Source of the DNA: Minisyncoccota bacterium
Lineage (GTDB): Bacteria > Patescibacteriota > Minisyncoccia > Phycocordibacterales > CAIRYW01
NCBI GenBank assembly: GCA_036517135.1
Contig: DATDXX010000051.1
Location: forward strand, 1-41,747
Direction of reading: 5' to 3'
Length of the DNA stretch: 41,747 bases
Part shown: in pieces, positions 39,323 to 41,747 of the stretch
How positions within the stretch are numbered: the stretch's first letter is position 1
How the letters are laid out: each line of letters opens with the position of its first letter
The notes under the pieces: generated by a model
What the model was told of the DNA's origin: nothing
Databases searched by the model: none
What the model saw: only the letters and a program-made list of their open reading frames with translations
Made by a program: the position numbers and the translations under genes

Positions 39323-40585
39323 TTATGAAAGTGGATTATTTAAAAGATTTATGACTTCGTCTTTGGACACCTGGCTCGTCTTGCCCGTGGCGCGATTCGT
39401 ATATTCCACCACATTAGCCTCTTCTGTTTTTTTGCTCACTACAATTCTATGCGGTATACCGATTAAATCCGCGTCGGCAAATTTCTCGCCTGCCCGCAAA
39501 TCCCTGTCGTCAAAAAGAGTATCAATTCCGGCCGCGAGCATTTTGTCGTACAAATTTTCTGCGGCTTTTTTCACTTCTTCATTCCCTTGCGATAAATCTA
39601 TGAGATGGACCCTGAAAGGAGAAACGGACTCCGGCCACACCATCGCATCATTTTTAGCAAAGCTTTCCACGATCGCGCCCATGAGTCGCGGCAGACCGAT
39701 GCCATAGCTTCCCATCACAGCCGGGTGAGCGGCACCTTTCTCGTCAGTAAAGGTGAGCCCTAGCGCTTCCGAAAATCTGGTCCCTAGAGAGAAAATATTA
39801 CCCACTTCCACCGCTTTTTTCTCCACAAGTTTGTTTTTATCTAAATTGAGATTTTTTAAAACTTCATCCGTATATACTTCCTTGTTCACCGCAATCCCTT
39901 TTTCATCATCAACATAAATGACATCTTCTCCCGCTTCTGTGATTGTTTGAAATTCGTGAGAGTACTTGGCAAACACGCCGCCCGAAGCGAATGCGAGATA
40001 TGTGCGCTCGCCGATGCCGGCACGCTTGAAGACGCGCTTGTAAGCTTCTTTGGCTTTCTCGTAGAATGCTTCGTGTCCTTTGGTATCTCGCGAGAACGAA
40101 TACAAATCCTTCATTAAAAATTCTCGCGTCCGCATAATGCCGCTTTTGGCGCGGGTCTCGTTTCTGAATTTGGTCTGGAATTGATACGGATAAATGGGCA
40201 GGTCTTTGTACGAACGGATGTGGTCTTTGAGTAGCGCCGTCAATGGCTCCTCATGCGTGAATCCGAGGCCAAGCTCGGTGTCGTTCTTGAGCTTGGTCTT
40301 GAACCATGTGTCCACTTTTTTGTCATTCCATCTGTCTGTTTTTTCCCAGAGCGATTTGTCTTGAAGTGACGCAAGCTCCATCTCCTGCCCTCCAATTGCA
40401 TTCATCTCCTCGCGGATTATCTGCTCTATTTTTTTCAAAACCCTCAATCCCAAAGGAAGGAATGAATACACCCCCGCCATATCCTTATGGATAAACCCCG
40501 CCCGAATCAGTATTTCGGCATTCTTGGCCACCTCATCCTTCGGTGCCTCAAAGCGCGTTTTCGTAAAAATCTGTGATTGCTTCAT
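39323..40585 (-). CDS. proS: Proline--tRNA ligase, bacterial-type but lacking the INS editing domain (420 aa)
   Basis: MKQSQIFTKT..EILIRAGFIHKDMAGVYSFLPLGLRVLKKIEQIIREEM, FRNETRAKSGIMRTREFLMKD (motif 2), GSYGIGLPRL (motif 3). Only ~35 aa lie where the ~180-aa INS normally sits. Confidence 0.9.
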   Translation of the reverse strand: MKQSQIFTKTRFEAPKDEVAKNAEILIRAGFIHKDMAGVYSFLPLGLRVLKKIEQIIREEMNAIGGQEMELASLQDKSLWEKTDRWNDKKVDTWFKTKLKNDTELGLGFTHEEPLTALLKDHIRSYKDLPIYPYQFQTKFRNETRAKSGIMRTREFLMKDLYSFSRDTKGHEAFYEKAKEAYKRVFKRAGIGERTYLAFASGGVFAKYSHEFQTITEAGEDVIYVDDEKGIAVNKEVYTDEVLKNLNLDKNKLVEKKAVEVGNIFSLGTRFSEALGLTFTDEKGAAHPAVMGSYGIGLPRLMGAIVESFAKNDAMVWPESVSPFRVHLIDLSQGNEEVKKAAENLYDKMLAAGIDTLFDDRDLRAGEKFADADLIGIPHRIVVSKKTEEANVVEYTNRATGKTSQVSKDEVINLLNNPLS

Positions 40586-40615
40586 GTCCGCCTATTCTAC
40601 TATATGGTTTTTATT

Positions 40616-40667
40616 CCGACTAGCGAGGAGCAAAATGAAAGTTTTCATTTTATCCGAGTGACGTCGG
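40616..40667 (-). repeat. Divergent, inverted copy (E3) of the E1/E2 hairpin core, between rseP and proS
   Basis: Minus strand ccgacgtcactcggataaaatgaaaactttcattttgctcctcgctagtcgg followed by aataaaaa, compared with E1 ctcggctcggaaatggaaaag..cttttccatttccctcgctctacgtcgcc aataaaaa. Confidence 0.45.
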
Positions 40668-40722
40668 AACAAGGATAATTCCTTATTTCACCAATCCCGG
40701 CACTAAAATTCGAACGAATTTA

Positions 40723-41747
40723 CTACGGGACAAGTTTACCTATGTCGGAGAATGTGATAACGACCATGAGAAGAAGGAGCAGAGCGAAGCCGAGGAGATT
40801 TAAAGCGTTTGCGAATTTAGGATTTATCGGTCTGCGTATTATGGATTCAATCGCCACGAAAAGAAGCCGGCCTCCGTCAAGCGCTGGGAAGGGTAAAAGA
40901 TTTATGACCGCAAGATTAATTGAAATAAGGGCAACAAAAGAAAAAAGAGTTGATATGCCGAATTGCCGCGCTTGATTTAAAAATCCGGCAATTCCAACAG
41001 GCCCTGATACTTGTGAAAGATCTGCATTGAAGGAAAATACCTGTCCGAAAAATGCTACCATGCCTACTGCCGTCCCTTCTATAAGAAACCATGTTGATTT
41101 CGCTCCTTCCAGGAGTGCAGGGAAAAATCCAAACCTTACATTTTCAATATCAGCCATAGCAATGCCTATCGCGAGTTTATCTTTTACAAGCCCCTCCTCG
41201 GCTCTTAGTGTAGTTGTAGCAGTATTTCCTACCCTTTCATAAGCTATTGCCAGAGACTTTCCTTTTGATGATGAAATGATTTTCTGGATAGCTTCAGAAC
41301 TAAGTTTAAAATAATTTACACCGCCAGGATCAACAATGCCTATAATCAAATCCCCTTCTGCGAGTCCGGCTTTTTCAGCCGGAGAATTCGGAAACACTTC
41401 TGTCACGATAGCTGCAGTGGCGAGAGAAGAGTTTTCTGAAATCCTAGTAACGCCCATCATGTAACTTGCTGACAAAAGAACCCAGCCGAAGATAATATTC
41501 ATAGCGACTCCTGCGATGAGGATAAGCGCCTGCACTCCCCTATTTTTATTCACAAAGCTTCGCTTACTATCAGGGCCGCTTATTGATGCCTCGTCTGGGT
41601 TCTCTCCAAAAATTTTCACATAACCTCCAAAGGGAATTAGATTTATGGAGTATGTCGTCTCTCCTTTCTTAAAGCTCCAAATACGAGGCGGAAAGCCGAT
41701 TGAGAACTCGTCCACCCGTACACCTGTTCTTTTGGCAATGATAAAAT
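40723..41747 (-). CDS. rseP: RIP site-2 metalloprotease RseP (M50 family with PDZ); N-terminus incl. HExxH lies beyond the window end
   Basis: The frame stays open to the window end (FIIAKRTGVRVDEFSIGFPP..), then PFGGYVKI, PDZ (AEKAGLAEGDLIIGI), NLLPFPALDGGR. Confidence 0.85.
   Translation of the reverse strand, partial: FIIAKRTGVRVDEFSIGFPPRIWSFKKGETTYSINLIPFGGYVKIFGENPDEASISGPDSKRSFVNKNRGVQALILIAGVAMNIIFGWVLLSASYMMGVTRISENSSLATAAIVTEVFPNSPAEKAGLAEGDLIIGIVDPGGVNYFKLSSEAIQKIISSSKGKSLAIAYERVGNTATTTLRAEEGLVKDKLAIGIAMADIENVRFGFFPALLEGAKSTWFLIEGTAVGMVAFFGQVFSFNADLSQVSGPVGIAGFLNQARQFGISTLFSFVALISINLAVINLLPFPALDGGRLLFVAIESIIRRPINPKFANALNLLGFALLLLLMVVITFSDIGKLVP

Overview
This 41.7-kb window looks like a small, moderately AT-rich bacterial genome. 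I infer a Patescibacteria/CPR-like lineage from several traits: class I LysRS, ProRS without an INS domain, a compact orphan TrpC-like gene, mostly SD-less or leaderless starts, and many short proteins. The standard genetic code applies, since TGA is used as a stop.

Most genes lie on the minus strand and are housekeeping:
- A partial dcw cluster: mraZ-rsmH-ftsL-ftsI-murF.
- A cluster rseP-proS-mreB-mreC-mreD-mrdA.
- greA, lysK, rplU, rmuC, ctpA, rplI and an Nramp transporter.
- On the plus strand: cls-like PLD, rpmA, corA-like, cysS, dnaB, recR and a GatB/YqeY-domain gene.

Two genes are missing from the ORF track. One is a large secreted protein with 7 tandem repeats that runs off the window start (1-2791, minus). 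The other is a 54-aa zinc-ribbon ORF (20640-20804, minus). One tRNA-Glu(CUC) lies at 22125-22196.

The best candidate for a novel system is a tightly packed six-gene minus-strand operon at 22267-26393. It opens with a 158-aa unknown protein and a histidine-phosphatase-family protein. Two tandem modules follow, each a stand-alone PEP-utilizer swivel (phosphohistidine) domain overlapping a ~360-aa protein in which I found no known motifs. tRNA-Glu and an AT-rich islet with a PD-(D/E)xK-like protein lie just downstream.

The intergenic DNA is unusually structured:
- A MITE-like family whose one end abuts start codons, including an insertion between ftsL and ftsI.
- A candidate structured-RNA/repeat family with a GGAAATGGAAAAG hairpin (3 copies).
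- A second repeat pair directly upstream of rplI and murF.
- Phased AGCT arrays with 8-nt or 7-nt period at six gene junctions.
- A recurrent TGnTAnAAT-N6-ATG geometry that implies leaderless mRNAs.
- Four phased MraZ-box-like repeats upstream of mraZ.

All motif coordinates were hand-counted and may be off by 1-2 nt. No database or folding software was available.
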